Shown here one piece after another: positions 1 to 8,376 of a stretch of DNA of 64,000 nt. Position 1 is the first letter of the stretch; every line of letters starts with the position of its first letter. The notes below the pieces were generated by a model. The model was not told where the DNA came from. It saw only the letters and a list, made by a program, of their open reading frames with translations, and did no database searches. Both the position numbers and the translations under genes were made by a program. The DNA is from an uncultured virus (IMG/VR IMGVR_UViG_3300047564_002075) (Duplodnaviria; Heunggongvirae; Uroviricota; Caudoviricetes), in IMG/VR virus record IMGVR_UViG_3300047564_002075. One strand, written 5' to 3'.

Positions 1-185
1 AATAAAGAATTAGTAAAGAATGAGAATAGGATGTGTAATCCACCATCACTAAAAACTAAACGACTGGGATTTTCATAATGAACCCAGAGTAATGAACGAT
101 TGTTGAAGATACCAAACTGCCAAGTGCGGTCAGTATCACCATCATCCCATACTTTTTTATCGTATTGGAAGAGTTTAGAAGTCAT
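1..185 (-). CDS. hypothetical protein (truncated by window edge)
   Basis: Manually read ORF MTSKLFQYDKKVWDDGDTDRTWQFG..., open to position 1 and overlapping the upstream stop. Confidence 0.55.
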   Translation of the reverse strand, partial: MTSKLFQYDKKVWDDGDTDRTWQFGIFNNRSLLWVHYENPSRLVFSDGGLHILFSFFTNSL

Positions 186-474
186 ACTTTGCCTCCGTTT
201 CTTTCACACGCAACAGGAATCCATCATCACCAATGTCACCACTGTAGAGATAGTCAATGTGTTTCATAATCTCTGACATCTTACGCAGTTTGGGAATTTG
301 CTCCTGTAGAACATCAATCACATCAGGGTCATGGTTGGGATACCATTCATAACCATAAGTTCGGTCTTCATTCCTCGCCTTACCATTATTCTCAATCTCT
401 ACTTCCAACTCATCAGCAAACTGTGATACCTTGTGGTAATCGTAACCACAATCTCCAAAGTGTCCGCCACTCAT
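175..474 (-). CDS. hypothetical phage protein
   Basis: 99-aa ORF in a tightly packed minus-strand operon with ATGA overlaps. Confidence 0.75.
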   Translation of the reverse strand: MSGGHFGDCGYDYHKVSQFADELEVEIENNGKARNEDRTYGYEWYPNHDPDVIDVLQEQIPKLRKMSEIMKHIDYLYSGDIGDDGFLLRVKETEAKYDF

Positions 475-644
475 TCTTCTTCCTCCACAGGGAACATAGT
501 ACTGTATTCTTCATTAGTCAGTGTAAGATACTGAACATCAGCATCTTGGTGTTCTTCAGCATACACCAACTGATAGTGAGCAAAGTCACTTTCAGAAGTG
601 CTACCGTATTCTACCACACCATCAACAAGGCACAAGTAGTTCAT
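471..644 (-). CDS. small acidic hypothetical protein
   Basis: Manually read ORF MNYLCLVDGVVEYGS...PVEEEE with ATGA overlaps on both sides. Confidence 0.7.
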   Translation of the reverse strand: MNYLCLVDGVVEYGSTSESDFAHYQLVYAEEHQDADVQYLTLTNEEYSTMFPVEEEE

Positions 645-853
645 TTTGAATCCTCGTATTCGTCAATCTTTTCGTGAATAAACCCAGTCATATCAATGGT
701 ATATGGATTTGTGCCCTCAATCTCACAATCAAGGAGAAACTCCATGACAGTACCAAGAATCAGACAAGCACGACGTTTATCGTGCTCTGTGATGGTAGTA
801 TGTGGCAGAGCAACATAATGAACGATATGATCGTAAAGTTCGTCGTAGGTCAT
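641..853 (-). CDS. hypothetical protein
   Basis: 70-aa ORF, ATGA coupling. Confidence 0.7.
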   Translation of the reverse strand: MTYDELYDHIVHYVALPHTTITEHDKRRACLILGTVMEFLLDCEIEGTNPYTIDMTGFIHEKIDEYEDSK

Positions 854-1035
854 TGTTGTTTCAGAATAGTTTTAATCTGTTCAAGATCCTTCAGTCGTTG
901 TTCTACTGTGTCATACTGTTCGGATAGGAAATCAATAGCATTATCTTCAAAGTTAGTTTCCTCACGAATCTCCCATGCAAGACCTTCTAGTTCTCCTTCG
1001 CAGTATTCAATGAAGTAATCAATTGTGTCAATCAT
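850..1035 (-). CDS. hypothetical protein
   Basis: 61-aa ORF, ATGA coupling. Confidence 0.7.
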   Translation of the reverse strand: MIDTIDYFIEYCEGELEGLAWEIREETNFEDNAIDFLSEQYDTVEQRLKDLEQIKTILKQQ

Positions 1036-1247
1036 TCAATAACCTCCCAGTGTGCATCAGATTTGTCCCCGAAACGATTAGTTCCAGTTCTTGTACTTAC
1101 CCACATAAAGTATTTGCGATTCTCAGATGCGAGAAACAACTCACCACCAGTATCCTGTTCTACGATACAAACAGGATTACCCTCCATGATATTAGCAAGG
1201 CGATTCTTTGCCTTGCTTGATTTCGGTTTTACAGTGACCTTTCTCAT
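1032..1247 (-). CDS. hypothetical protein
   Basis: Start revised to MRKVTVKPKS, which overlaps the upstream TGA. Confidence 0.7.
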   Translation of the reverse strand: MRKVTVKPKSSKAKNRLANIMEGNPVCIVEQDTGGELFLASENRKYFMWVSTRTGTNRFGDKSDAHWEVIE

Positions 1248-1411
1248 TGGTAGTATGCACAAGATACAGAAGAAGGGATACCTGCAGCGGCAAGATTAGA
1301 GTTGATACGATCAACCTCATCCTGAGCACGCCACTCATCACGAACCTCATAAAGATTCACGATCTCGGTGTTACCGTAAGCGTTGTTGTGAACCTGGAAG
1401 ACGAGAAACAT
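1244..1411 (-). CDS. small hypothetical protein
   Basis: Manually read ORF MFLVFQVHNNAYGN...AYYQ, directly downstream of a promoter. Confidence 0.65.
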   Translation of the reverse strand: MFLVFQVHNNAYGNTEIVNLYEVRDEWRAQDEVDRINSNLAAAGIPSSVSCAYYQ

Positions 1412-1434
1412 GTGTCTCTTGCGTTGATGTATGT

Positions 1435-1493
1435 ATATTACATCAAAAAGGGGCCCCTGTAAAGGGCCTCTGTGACAGTTCTTAGAGTGTCAC
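1435..1493 (-). promoter_or_regulatory. early promoter with stem-loop and upstream palindrome
   Basis: TTTACA(1463-1458)-N17-TAATAT(1440-1435); GTGACA-N10-TGTCAC at 1472-1493. Confidence 0.75.
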
Positions 1494-1894
1494 TTGTTCA
1501 TTTGCAGTGTCGGAACTGGCATACCACCCTCAGTTGGCACATAGATCGTTACGTTACCATTCTTGGATCCATCTTCCAGACCAGTGATATACAGATACTG
1601 CAGATATTCTCGGTTATCTTTCAGACTGTTACCAATAATCTGGTTTGCCTTGGCAACACCAGTAGCACGGATTACTTCAGCATCAGCAAGTTGTTGTGCA
1701 GAGTCTTTCTTTGCTTGTGCCTCAAGAACTGCAACTTGGCGAGTATATTCTGCCTTCTGCAGTTCTGCCTTACCCTGTAGAGATTGGGCCCACACATTAT
1801 ACAGAGGACCAACCACTGCATTGATGATCATCAGGGACAAAAGAAACGAAACACCGATAATACCGGCATTACGAAGAGTATGATCAGGTTTCAT
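1490..1894 (-). CDS. membrane-anchored coiled-coil protein (SPFH/band-7 C-terminal-like)
   Basis: N-terminal TM helix, AEVIRATGVAKANQII coiled coil, YLQYLYI...IYVPTE tail. Confidence 0.65.
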   Translation of the reverse strand: MKPDHTLRNAGIIGVSFLLSLMIINAVVGPLYNVWAQSLQGKAELQKAEYTRQVAVLEAQAKKDSAQQLADAEVIRATGVAKANQIIGNSLKDNREYLQYLYITGLEDGSKNGNVTIYVPTEGGMPVPTLQMNK

Positions 1895-2073
1895 AGAAAG
1901 TCTCCATCTTCAAAGTTAAAGTAGTCTGTGATCGCTGACATCACACAGTCAGAGATCGTATCAACAATAGATTCCTCAGAAGGATTCTCTACATGTTTAT
2001 GAGCACGATGCCAACCTCGTTTGACACCTTCTTCAATCGCCATATCTAAGATGACGTGCATTCTAGGTTTCAT
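1891..2073 (-). CDS. hypothetical protein
   Basis: ORF MKPRMHVILD... Confidence 0.7.
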   Translation of the reverse strand: MKPRMHVILDMAIEEGVKRGWHRAHKHVENPSEESIVDTISDCVMSAITDYFNFEDGDFL

Positions 2074-2333
2074 TACCACACACCTCGTTGTACCATGATT
2101 TTACGAACTTCTTCATAACAAAACTTCTTCAGTTTGGGATCTTCAGTCGTTTCGTATGCAGTCACCATACGATTCAGATACTCATCTTTCGTGGTGATTT
2201 TGAGTACAGGAGCATCAGTCATACCAATCTCGGATAGAATAGAACCAGCACGAACTTTGTTCTTACCGAAGTTACCAGATACCCTACCTTCTGTGCGAAG
2301 TTTGGGTTTGATCTTTGACAGATTTGAATCCAT
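2073..2333 (-). CDS. hypothetical protein
   Basis: 86-aa ORF downstream of a promoter. Confidence 0.75.
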   Translation of the reverse strand: MDSNLSKIKPKLRTEGRVSGNFGKNKVRAGSILSEIGMTDAPVLKITTKDEYLNRMVTAYETTEDPKLKKFCYEEVRKIMVQRGVW

Positions 2334-2355
2334 GGTGATTTGTGATTACTTGACT

Positions 2356-2413
2356 ATGGTAGTATGTTTGTGGTCAGAAGTCAAGGGGCTTGTGACAGTC
2401 CCGCAAAAGGTAC
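2356..2413 (-). promoter_or_regulatory. early promoter
   Basis: TTGACT(2384-2379)-N17-TACCAT(2361-2356); GTGACA half-site at 2392. Confidence 0.7.
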
Positions 2414-2431
2414 ATTACACTTTCCGCTTTT

Positions 2432-2486
2432 TCTGCATTGGGAATACGGTGGATGACCAATCCACCGTATGACGCGAAATTGCAGA
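2432..2486. other. intergenic stem-loop element
   Basis: Perfect 11-bp stem ATACGGTGGAT(2444)-GACCA-ATCCACCGTAT(2470), closed by outer TCTGCA/TGCAGA. Confidence 0.6.
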
Positions 2487-2522
2487 TTTTTTGGGTTTTG
2501 CCTCTAGTGGTGGGCTGGGTTC

Positions 2523-2762
2523 TCAGTTGATCCGCCAGACCCGAACGACCGACTGGCCATTCTCAATGAGCTTTCTGGTCTGGACTCGGTATCCCCTCTT
2601 CTTGAGCTTCTCTGTAGGAGTTGGGCGATAGTCTGAAGAAGGAAGATTGGAGACGGGGATTGCAAAGGAATCACCTACAGTCATCTGCTCCCAGGGATAT
2701 TTTGAAGCGCCAACAGCGCGGGTTGAAGCAGGGATAGGAACGTTCTTTTCAATAGTAAACAT
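2523..2762 (-). CDS. small basic hypothetical protein (possible DNA-binding)
   Basis: MFTIEKNVPIP...KYPWEQMTVGDSF...VRVWR pattern typical of a widespread small phage protein family. Confidence 0.7.
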   Translation of the reverse strand: MFTIEKNVPIPASTRAVGASKYPWEQMTVGDSFAIPVSNLPSSDYRPTPTEKLKKRGYRVQTRKLIENGQSVVRVWRIN

Positions 2763-2770
2763 AGTAGTAA

Positions 2771-3055
2771 TTAGCTGAGGTTGATCAAGTCGTTGTTGTG
2801 GTGAGTGTAGAATGTGATCGGATCCATGTTCTCTTGAAGGAACACCGAACCAGGAGAGAGAATGTCGGAACACTTGGAACTTTTCTTGGTGTACTCTGAC
2901 TGCAGATCTGCAAGGGTTTTGTTATAGAGACTGTTGATCTCTGGGCCACTGAAGTGTGGCGAATTGACTAGGTTGGCGAGTGCAACAACAAAAGCAGACT
3001 TGAGATCTGCTTTCTGTTGCACCTGATTGTGTAGGTTGAGATTAAATTCAGACAT
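2771..3055 (-). CDS. hypothetical protein
   Basis: 94-aa ORF overlapping the helicase end. Confidence 0.6.
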   Translation of the reverse strand: MSEFNLNLHNQVQQKADLKSAFVVALANLVNSPHFSGPEINSLYNKTLADLQSEYTKKSSKCSDILSPGSVFLQENMDPITFYTHHNNDLINLS

Positions 3056-4274
3056 AGGATTCTACAGGTTGACCTTTGATGAAGATTGCATCTACAACAC
3101 GTTGCAGACGTTGAGAGATTGCTTTACCGTGATTCTGGTGAACAGGGACGGTAACGAAACCAGTGGACTTACGATAGAACTGACACGCACCTGCAGGAAT
3201 CTTACCAGATGCAATATCCTTTGCGTCATCTTTGTCCAGACGGATGACACGACCAATGGTTTGTGCCATCTCAATCAGAGGAAGATTGCGAAGAAGAATG
3301 CAGTGAGTGAGACCAGGGACGTTGATACCCTCAGACAGAATGCTGTAGTGGAAGAGGACAAACTTGCGGTTGGGATCCTTACCCCAGTCTTGCAGAGTGT
3401 CAAAGAACACTTCACGATTGACTTTGGTACGATTCACATATGCACCGTGTTTGGATGTGATGTGGAGAATGTCATAACCACGATCTTCCATGTCTTTGAT
3501 GACATCAGACTGAGACAACATGTTCCACAGAATCTTAGTGGAAGGTGCAGCAACGAGAACTTTGGATGCAGAAGTTTCGTCCAGAGTGTCAAGAATGTTG
3601 ATCACGGTCTGACTGTCAACAATTGCTGCAGTGTCCTTGTTACGAACTGCATCGGTCTCATGTGCGATCACAGTGGGAGGAAGGATACAACCAGACTCCA
3701 CCAGTTCTTGTGCAGCAACCTTCTCAATCACAGGACCATAGACCATGGTATTGTTCATACCAGGACCATTCGGATTCTTGGAGTTCTTGGGAGTTGCAGT
3801 GAAGAAATACTTCTTCTTGGTGATCAGAGATGCAGCAGCAACAGACTTGAAAAAGTCTTTACGGGTGGAATTGTGGGCCTCATCACAATACATCACATCA
3901 ACATCAATACCAGATGCGACAACCTTTGCGAGAGAGTTGTAGGTGGTGAAGATCAGTTTAGGAGTATCAATCCGATCATCAACCCAACCACGAATTCGGT
4001 CAGGATTGGTGGAACTGAAGTAGTGAGTCTCACCAGAATGAACATGCATGATTTCAGCATCGGTGATAAACTCAGTGAACTCAGAACACAGTTGATTTGC
4101 AAGCAGAATGCGAGGTGCAACCACAAGAATAGTCTTGCAACCATTCTCAATCATCACCATAGAGTGACGGATCATGATATAGGTTTTACCACCACCAGTA
4201 GGAACAAGAACACGTCCACTATCAAAGGACAGCATCTTGTCAAAAATGCGTTGTTGAAAGAGACGGAATTGCAT
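3048..4274 (-). CDS. SF2 DEAH-box helicase (ResIII-like)
   Basis: Walker A PTGGGKT, DEAH, TATP, LSEGIN and QTIGRVIR motifs. Confidence 0.92.
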   Translation of the reverse strand: MQFRLFQQRIFDKMLSFDSGRVLVPTGGGKTYIMIRHSMVMIENGCKTILVVAPRILLANQLCSEFTEFITDAEIMHVHSGETHYFSSTNPDRIRGWVDDRIDTPKLIFTTYNSLAKVVASGIDVDVMYCDEAHNSTRKDFFKSVAAASLITKKKYFFTATPKNSKNPNGPGMNNTMVYGPVIEKVAAQELVESGCILPPTVIAHETDAVRNKDTAAIVDSQTVINILDTLDETSASKVLVAAPSTKILWNMLSQSDVIKDMEDRGYDILHITSKHGAYVNRTKVNREVFFDTLQDWGKDPNRKFVLFHYSILSEGINVPGLTHCILLRNLPLIEMAQTIGRVIRLDKDDAKDIASGKIPAGACQFYRKSTGFVTVPVHQNHGKAISQRLQRVVDAIFIKGQPVESYV

Positions 4275-4297
4275 AACGAGTGCGTTTCAATATGGCT

Positions 4298-4353
4298 AAT
4301 ATACGACAAAAGCCCCGTGGGGTCAAGGGGCTTTTGATAAGGATAGGTTATCA
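4298..4353 (-). promoter_or_regulatory. stem-loop early promoter of the helicase operon
   Basis: TTGACC(4326-4321)-N17-TATATT(4303-4298); -35 in the loop of a 10-bp IR CAAAAGCCCC/GGGGCTTTTG; upstream TGATAA-N7-TTATCA at 4335-4353. Confidence 0.8.
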
Positions 4354-4359
4354 GTGATA

Positions 4360-4554
4360 TTAGATGATGTTATCACACAGTCTCTCGGCATAAAAGAACC
4401 CGTATTCTTCACCATCTTCAGTATTTGCCCACTCCATGTATTCCTGACCCAGGGCAATCAGATCTTTATATCGTTCTTCATCATCCAGAAGAATCATCCT
4501 GTTCTCAACACAATCTAATTGCAGTTCAATGATTTCTTCCACGTTCTCTGACAT
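4360..4554 (-). CDS. hypothetical protein
   Basis: Acidic ORF from MSENVEE. Confidence 0.6.
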   Translation of the reverse strand: MSENVEEIIELQLDCVENRMILLDDEERYKDLIALGQEYMEWANTEDGEEYGFFYAERLCDNII

Positions 4555-4597
4555 ATTCTGAAAGAGTTGTTTGAATTTCTTGCGAGTGTGATTCATT

Positions 4598-4924
4598 TTA
4601 AGCATACTTTTTGTACAGTTTGTAACCCAGGTAAGCAAGACCGCCGACCAAGAATAAGGGCCAGAGAGAGATAATGAGAATTGCACCCAGACCAATTACA
4701 CAGAGAGCAAGTCCGCCTTCCCAGTTACCACTACCAGATCCAAAAGAGTTAGAAGAACTTGAGGAACTAGTAGAAGACTGAACCCCAAGAAAACGAGTTT
4801 GAATGATTTTACCTGCGTACATCGCTTCACCCTGAGCACGTGCCTCAGCATGATTGATGCAACCAGGAACTGGCAACCATTCAATCCGTCCGTTCTTCTG
4901 AACTAGAACCTCAAAGTTTTTCAT
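4598..4924 (-). CDS. membrane protein
   Basis: Ser-rich linker and C-terminal hydrophobic helices. Confidence 0.7.
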   Translation of the reverse strand: MKNFEVLVQKNGRIEWLPVPGCINHAEARAQGEAMYAGKIIQTRFLGVQSSTSSSSSSNSFGSGSGNWEGGLALCVIGLGAILIISLWPLFLVGGLAYLGYKLYKKYA

Positions 4925-5109
4925 CAGGTGGTGACCTCTTGTTGTTGAGTGTACACTAGATCAAACAGATCGTCAAGTATCTCCGAGCAATTCCAGTATT
5001 CTGGACTGGCATTGACACATTTCTCAATCTGATACCGCCGAACTGCATTGAAGATCAGACGGTATTGTTCATTGGTATAGTTGAATTTGTTTTCAATAAG
5101 TTCACTCAT
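4924..5109 (-). CDS. hypothetical protein
   Basis: 61-aa ORF, coupled. Confidence 0.65.
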   Translation of the reverse strand: MSELIENKFNYTNEQYRLIFNAVRRYQIEKCVNASPEYWNCSEILDDLFDLVYTQQQEVTT

Positions 5110-5267
5110 GATTGAATTACCTTTTCGTAAAGATCGTCAAAGATTTGTCGGTTGATGGGATCTAACTCCACAGTGAAATCTGTATGATTTTCTACATACC
5201 ACATAATGTTCTGTAGTAGTACAAGTTCTTCATACAGAAGATCCTTGATCATAAGAGTTGTAGTCAT
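5106..5267 (-). CDS. small hypothetical protein
   Basis: Manually read MTTTLMIKDLLYEEL...VIQS, ATGA overlaps. Confidence 0.6.
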   Translation of the reverse strand: MTTTLMIKDLLYEELVLLQNIMWYVENHTDFTVELDPINRQIFDDLYEKVIQS

Positions 5268-5416
5268 TTTGCACAATCTGGATGATGTGTGAATTGTTTG
5301 CAGGCTTCATAGGACTTAAACATCTCTGCATCACGAACGATCAGAAATGCATTCCAACCTAACATTGCAGCAAACATGAGAGCGAATGCTGCAATATATC
5401 TGCGTGGAAGTGTCAT
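5264..5416 (-). CDS. small membrane protein
   Basis: Manually read MTLPRRYIAAFALMFAAMLGWNAFLIVRD... Confidence 0.6.
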   Translation of the reverse strand: MTLPRRYIAAFALMFAAMLGWNAFLIVRDAEMFKSYEACKQFTHHPDCAK

Positions 5417-5538
5417 TTGACTTTCAGTTGAAGTTTAAGAGACTGAAGTGATTGTTTTCGGGATTTGATCTTTCCCTTACACATACCCTTGGTTTTCTTA
5501 TCTTTACCAGAGTTGTGTTGCCAGTTTGGAGTAGACAC
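5413..5538 (-). CDS. small basic protein
   Basis: GTG start, MSTPNWQHNSGKDKKTKG... Confidence 0.55.
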   Translation of the reverse strand: MSTPNWQHNSGKDKKTKGMCKGKIKSRKQSLQSLKLQLKVK

Positions 5539-5801
5539 TAGAGACCTCCTGCTTGATTTACAAACGATTTTGCATCACAAACAGACTCAAAGTTAGCGAT
5601 GACTTCAGTGATAGTAGTCACACCATTGTCAGAGATATTGATCTCCTTTACTTTGCGAAGATCATAACCACCTTCATCAATGTTAGTGAAAATCTCACCG
5701 ATGTACTGACCATTCTGATAGATCCACTCTTGATACCAAACGAGTTCTTTCTGATTACGTTCGTAAGTGATTCCGTTGTTGTTATCAATGATGGTGGTCA
5801 T
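5538..5801 (-). CDS. hypothetical protein
   Basis: Start revised to MTTIIDNNN, downstream of a promoter. Confidence 0.7.
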   Translation of the reverse strand: MTTIIDNNNGITYERNQKELVWYQEWIYQNGQYIGEIFTNIDEGGYDLRKVKEINISDNGVTTITEVIANFESVCDAKSFVNQAGGL

Positions 5802-5834
5802 GGGGGTGATTCCTCTCAACATGGCTAATATACA
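5799..5834. repeat. 36-bp promoter/leader repeat, copy 1
   Basis: 33/36 identical to 7000-7035. Confidence 0.85.
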
Positions 5835-5884
5835 GGATTTTGGGTGGCCTGTCTCAATCTGTGTGCCAGCTTGGTATCTGGCAC
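5827..5884 (-). promoter_or_regulatory. early promoter with perfect upstream palindrome
   Basis: -10 TATATT at 5832-5827, weak -35; GTGCCA-N10-TGGCAC at 5863-5884. Confidence 0.7.
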
Positions 5885-6129
5885 ATCTGCATCGCACTGT
5901 ATGGAGTAGTTTTATTTAGATCTACTACACTTCCCACTGTCTTACTATTAACTGGTGTGTGGAATTGTTTTGTTTTGGAGTTGTAGAATCCCCAGATAGA
6001 TTTAATACCAGAACGCCCACAGTAATCAAAGTGATTGTCATTAACAATCCAGATTGCACTAACATTAGTCTTAAAATCGGTACGTTCATAGTGATAACCT
6101 TCGGGTGCTTTGTGAAAGAGTAGTTTCAT
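5854..6129 (-). CDS. hypothetical cyanophage protein
   Basis: 91-aa ORF (SIWGFYN...TTPYSAM). Confidence 0.7.
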   Translation of the reverse strand: MKLLFHKAPEGYHYERTDFKTNVSAIWIVNDNHFDYCGRSGIKSIWGFYNSKTKQFHTPVNSKTVGSVVDLNKTTPYSAMQMCQIPSWHTD

Positions 6130-6506
6130 GCCATCAATGCACCAGAAGGTATTTCAGCGACGGTGGGCATAGTGTTTTCTTCAAACTGATGACGATCATA
6201 ACATACCCATTCGTTATTCACAAACAGATAAGCATACTCTTCACCATCAGCAAGATAGTCATACTTGTTAGCATCAAGTCGTGGAGGACAAACTTCTCCA
6301 CGAGCAGAATAGTATGCTGGTTTTTTATCTTCATCCCAACAAGTGCTCATGTCACCACCATCAATCAGTTCAGCAACTTTATCTTTGGTGTTGTAATGAG
6401 TCTTCAGAATACGACCCAACCATTCAGGATAACCATCCCAGTGATGATACACCGAGAGCACAGATTCGTCAGCGAGTTGAATACCAATGCGAGAGCGAGT
6501 TGCCAT
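6126..6506 (-). CDS. conserved phage hypothetical protein
   Basis: MATRSRIGI...YHHWDGYPEWLG...EYAYLF pattern. Confidence 0.8.
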   Translation of the reverse strand: MATRSRIGIQLADESVLSVYHHWDGYPEWLGRILKTHYNTKDKVAELIDGGDMSTCWDEDKKPAYYSARGEVCPPRLDANKYDYLADGEEYAYLFVNNEWVCYDRHQFEENTMPTVAEIPSGALMA

Positions 6507-6508
6507 GA

Positions 6509-6781
6509 TCAGACGAGGATAAGTGAAGGGGCAGGTTGAACAGAATAGGTGAAACGTGATGCAGTTACAGATGCACCAGCAGTTCCGATCTCATCTACGA
6601 TTTCCCACCAATCTTCTCCTTCTTCAATAACAACATAACCAAATGTTCCAGCGATTGGCAGTTGTTCAATACCACAATTTTCTGCTGCACGTTGAGTAGA
6701 GAATCGTTCCTTACGATTCCACCAACCGAGACGATCAACGTCTTCAGAAGGACCGAAAGAGATGCAAATGTATTCAGTCAT
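6509..6781 (-). CDS. hypothetical protein
   Basis: 90-aa ORF. Confidence 0.7.
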   Translation of the reverse strand: MTEYICISFGPSEDVDRLGWWNRKERFSTQRAAENCGIEQLPIAGTFGYVVIEEGEDWWEIVDEIGTAGASVTASRFTYSVQPAPSLILV

Positions 6782-6783
6782 GA

Positions 6784-7002
6784 TCAGTAGAGGAGAGAGA
6801 AGGAACCACAGAACTTACGAACCCACTGAAGAGTTTCGTAATGACTGCGAGGTTTGGACATCACCATACTGGTGTTCTTTTCAGGATTCAATGCAACAGC
6901 GACGTATTTGTGGTCGCATTCTTGCCATTCAGGCGTGACTTGTTGAATGAACATCTGACATACTTTACCTTCTTTCCAGTTGGTAGTGTAGTGGAAGACC
7001 AT
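6784..7002 (-). CDS. hypothetical protein
   Basis: Start revised to MVFHYTTNW. Confidence 0.7.
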   Translation of the reverse strand: MVFHYTTNWKEGKVCQMFIQQVTPEWQECDHKYVAVALNPEKNTSMVMSKPRSHYETLQWVRKFCGSFSLLY

Positions 7003-7035
7003 CGGGGTGACTCGTCTCAACATGGCTAATATACA
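7000..7035. repeat. 36-bp promoter/leader repeat, copy 2
   Basis: 33/36 identical to 5799-5834. Confidence 0.85.
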
Positions 7036-7085
7036 CGAAAAAAGACCCCTGTGAAGGGGCCTTGTGACACTACCTCAACTGTCCT
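7028..7085 (-). promoter_or_regulatory. stem-loop early promoter
   Basis: TTCACA...TATATT (16-bp spacer); IR AAGACCCCT/AGGGGCCTT; GTGACA-N10-TGTCCT at 7064-7085. Confidence 0.72.
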
Positions 7086-7671
7086 CGGCCAGGGCGACTA
7101 GTTTATCTCGGAAGGGTTTAACAATCGCTTTCGGATTATCAAGAATCAGATCTTTGTTGATGAAATGAACTTTTAATGAATTATGATCAATATAGGAGTC
7201 ATATGCCCAAGATGCAGACCTCACATAAGCATTTGATTTCACCACACACTTATCATGAATCTGTTTCTGTAGTTTATCTTTCACTGCATGAATACTGTAC
7301 TCAACTACATATGCACATTGTTTATTGATGAACAACGAACCTACAATATCCAGATCTTCTGCAATATCTTTATCAAGACGTGATTGAGTATAATCATTGA
7401 AACATGCACCACCTCGTTGTGCAGTTGTACCATTATAATTCTTAGGTTTACATTCTTTTTGTTTGCCAGATGCATCTACAGCATCACGACCCAACTTTCC
7501 TTCAATAGGAGTATATCCCGCAATCTTAGTAGTTACCAACTCACGAAGAGCAGAAGAGTTCTTGTCTTCCATACAAAAATCAATCATTTCTTCAGTGTAA
7601 GAGTCAACATTTAGTGTTTCACCGAGACAGAAGTTCACAATGATCTTTTCAAGACCTTCAGATAGTTTCAT
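7075..7671 (-). CDS. putative PD-(D/E)xK restriction-like endonuclease
   Basis: GKLGRDA...KECKPK resembles the D...ExK catalytic motif. Confidence 0.45.
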   Translation of the reverse strand: MKLSEGLEKIIVNFCLGETLNVDSYTEEMIDFCMEDKNSSALRELVTTKIAGYTPIEGKLGRDAVDASGKQKECKPKNYNGTTAQRGGACFNDYTQSRLDKDIAEDLDIVGSLFINKQCAYVVEYSIHAVKDKLQKQIHDKCVVKSNAYVRSASWAYDSYIDHNSLKVHFINKDLILDNPKAIVKPFRDKLVALAEDS

Positions 7672-7837
7672 TGGTTTCAATTTTGAGGTGTTCACGACAA
7701 AAAACAAAGCGTTCCCATTCTTCATCGGTGAAATTATCGGATGCATAGGGAATTCCTACAACATATGCACAGAATTTGTTGATTTGTTCTGATGCATTTG
7801 ATTGTGAGACGATTGTTGCAGCGAGTAGTTCAAGCAT
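7658..7837 (-). CDS. small hypothetical protein
   Basis: MLELLAATIV...CAYVVGIPYASDNF. Confidence 0.65.
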   Translation of the reverse strand: MLELLAATIVSQSNASEQINKFCAYVVGIPYASDNFTDEEWERFVFCREHLKIETNETI

Positions 7838-7861
7838 GAACACCTCATTGATTACTTTGTA

Positions 7862-7919
7862 ATTATACGTTGGCGAATGTATCTTGTCAACACTCACCAA
7901 CCAGTCCTACAACTGGCAC
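7862..7919 (-). promoter_or_regulatory. consensus sigma70 early promoter
   Basis: TTGACA(7890-7885)-N17-TATAAT(7867-7862); upstream CAACCA-N10-TGGCAC. Confidence 0.85.
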
Positions 7920-7920
7920 A

Positions 7921-8376
7921 CTAACAACTAAATGCAAGAGCACCAAGACCAGCACCAAACAAAGGCCAATAGTTATTTCTTCCGTAGTTACTCCAACTTC
8001 CAGATGAACCATATCTGTTGTAACTACGATTCCAACTTCCACCATTAGACCAACTGTTACCAGAGATCGCACCAGCGAGACCAGCACCAAGTAATGCACC
8101 AGCAGTAGGATTGCAGACCCTACGACGATAGTAATATGGTTGTGGTTGAGCAACTACAACCGTGGGAGAAACTACTACTGGCGCAGATTGTTGCACGTTA
8201 CCACATGGTACAGTAAACTTCTCTCTACGCACAATACCATTCACCCAAGATCCATCTGGATTCTGATACCCAGGTACATAAGTTTCTTGGATACGAGTAC
8301 AAGTATCATACACAACGGTTTGTTGTGCAGAAACTGGCAGTGTCAGTAACAGTGGAAGTAGGAATAGACTTTTCAT
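7921..8376 (-). CDS. secreted/membrane protein with glycine-zipper motifs
   Basis: Signal peptide MKSLFLLPLLLTLPVSA; GALLGAGLAG and GAGLGA motifs. Confidence 0.7.
   Translation of the reverse strand: MKSLFLLPLLLTLPVSAQQTVVYDTCTRIQETYVPGYQNPDGSWVNGIVRREKFTVPCGNVQQSAPVVVSPTVVVAQPQPYYYRRRVCNPTAGALLGAGLAGAISGNSWSNGGSWNRSYNRYGSSGSWSNYGRNNYWPLFGAGLGALAFSC

Noticed and set aside
3048..4274. Type III restriction-modification system
   Set aside because: No Mod/methyltransferase or nuclease domain; this is a stand-alone helicase common in these phages.
3027..4337. 436-aa plus-strand ORF as a real gene
   Set aside because: It is a codon-aligned shadow of the helicase with a GTG start and no recognisable motifs; helicase codon bias explains it.
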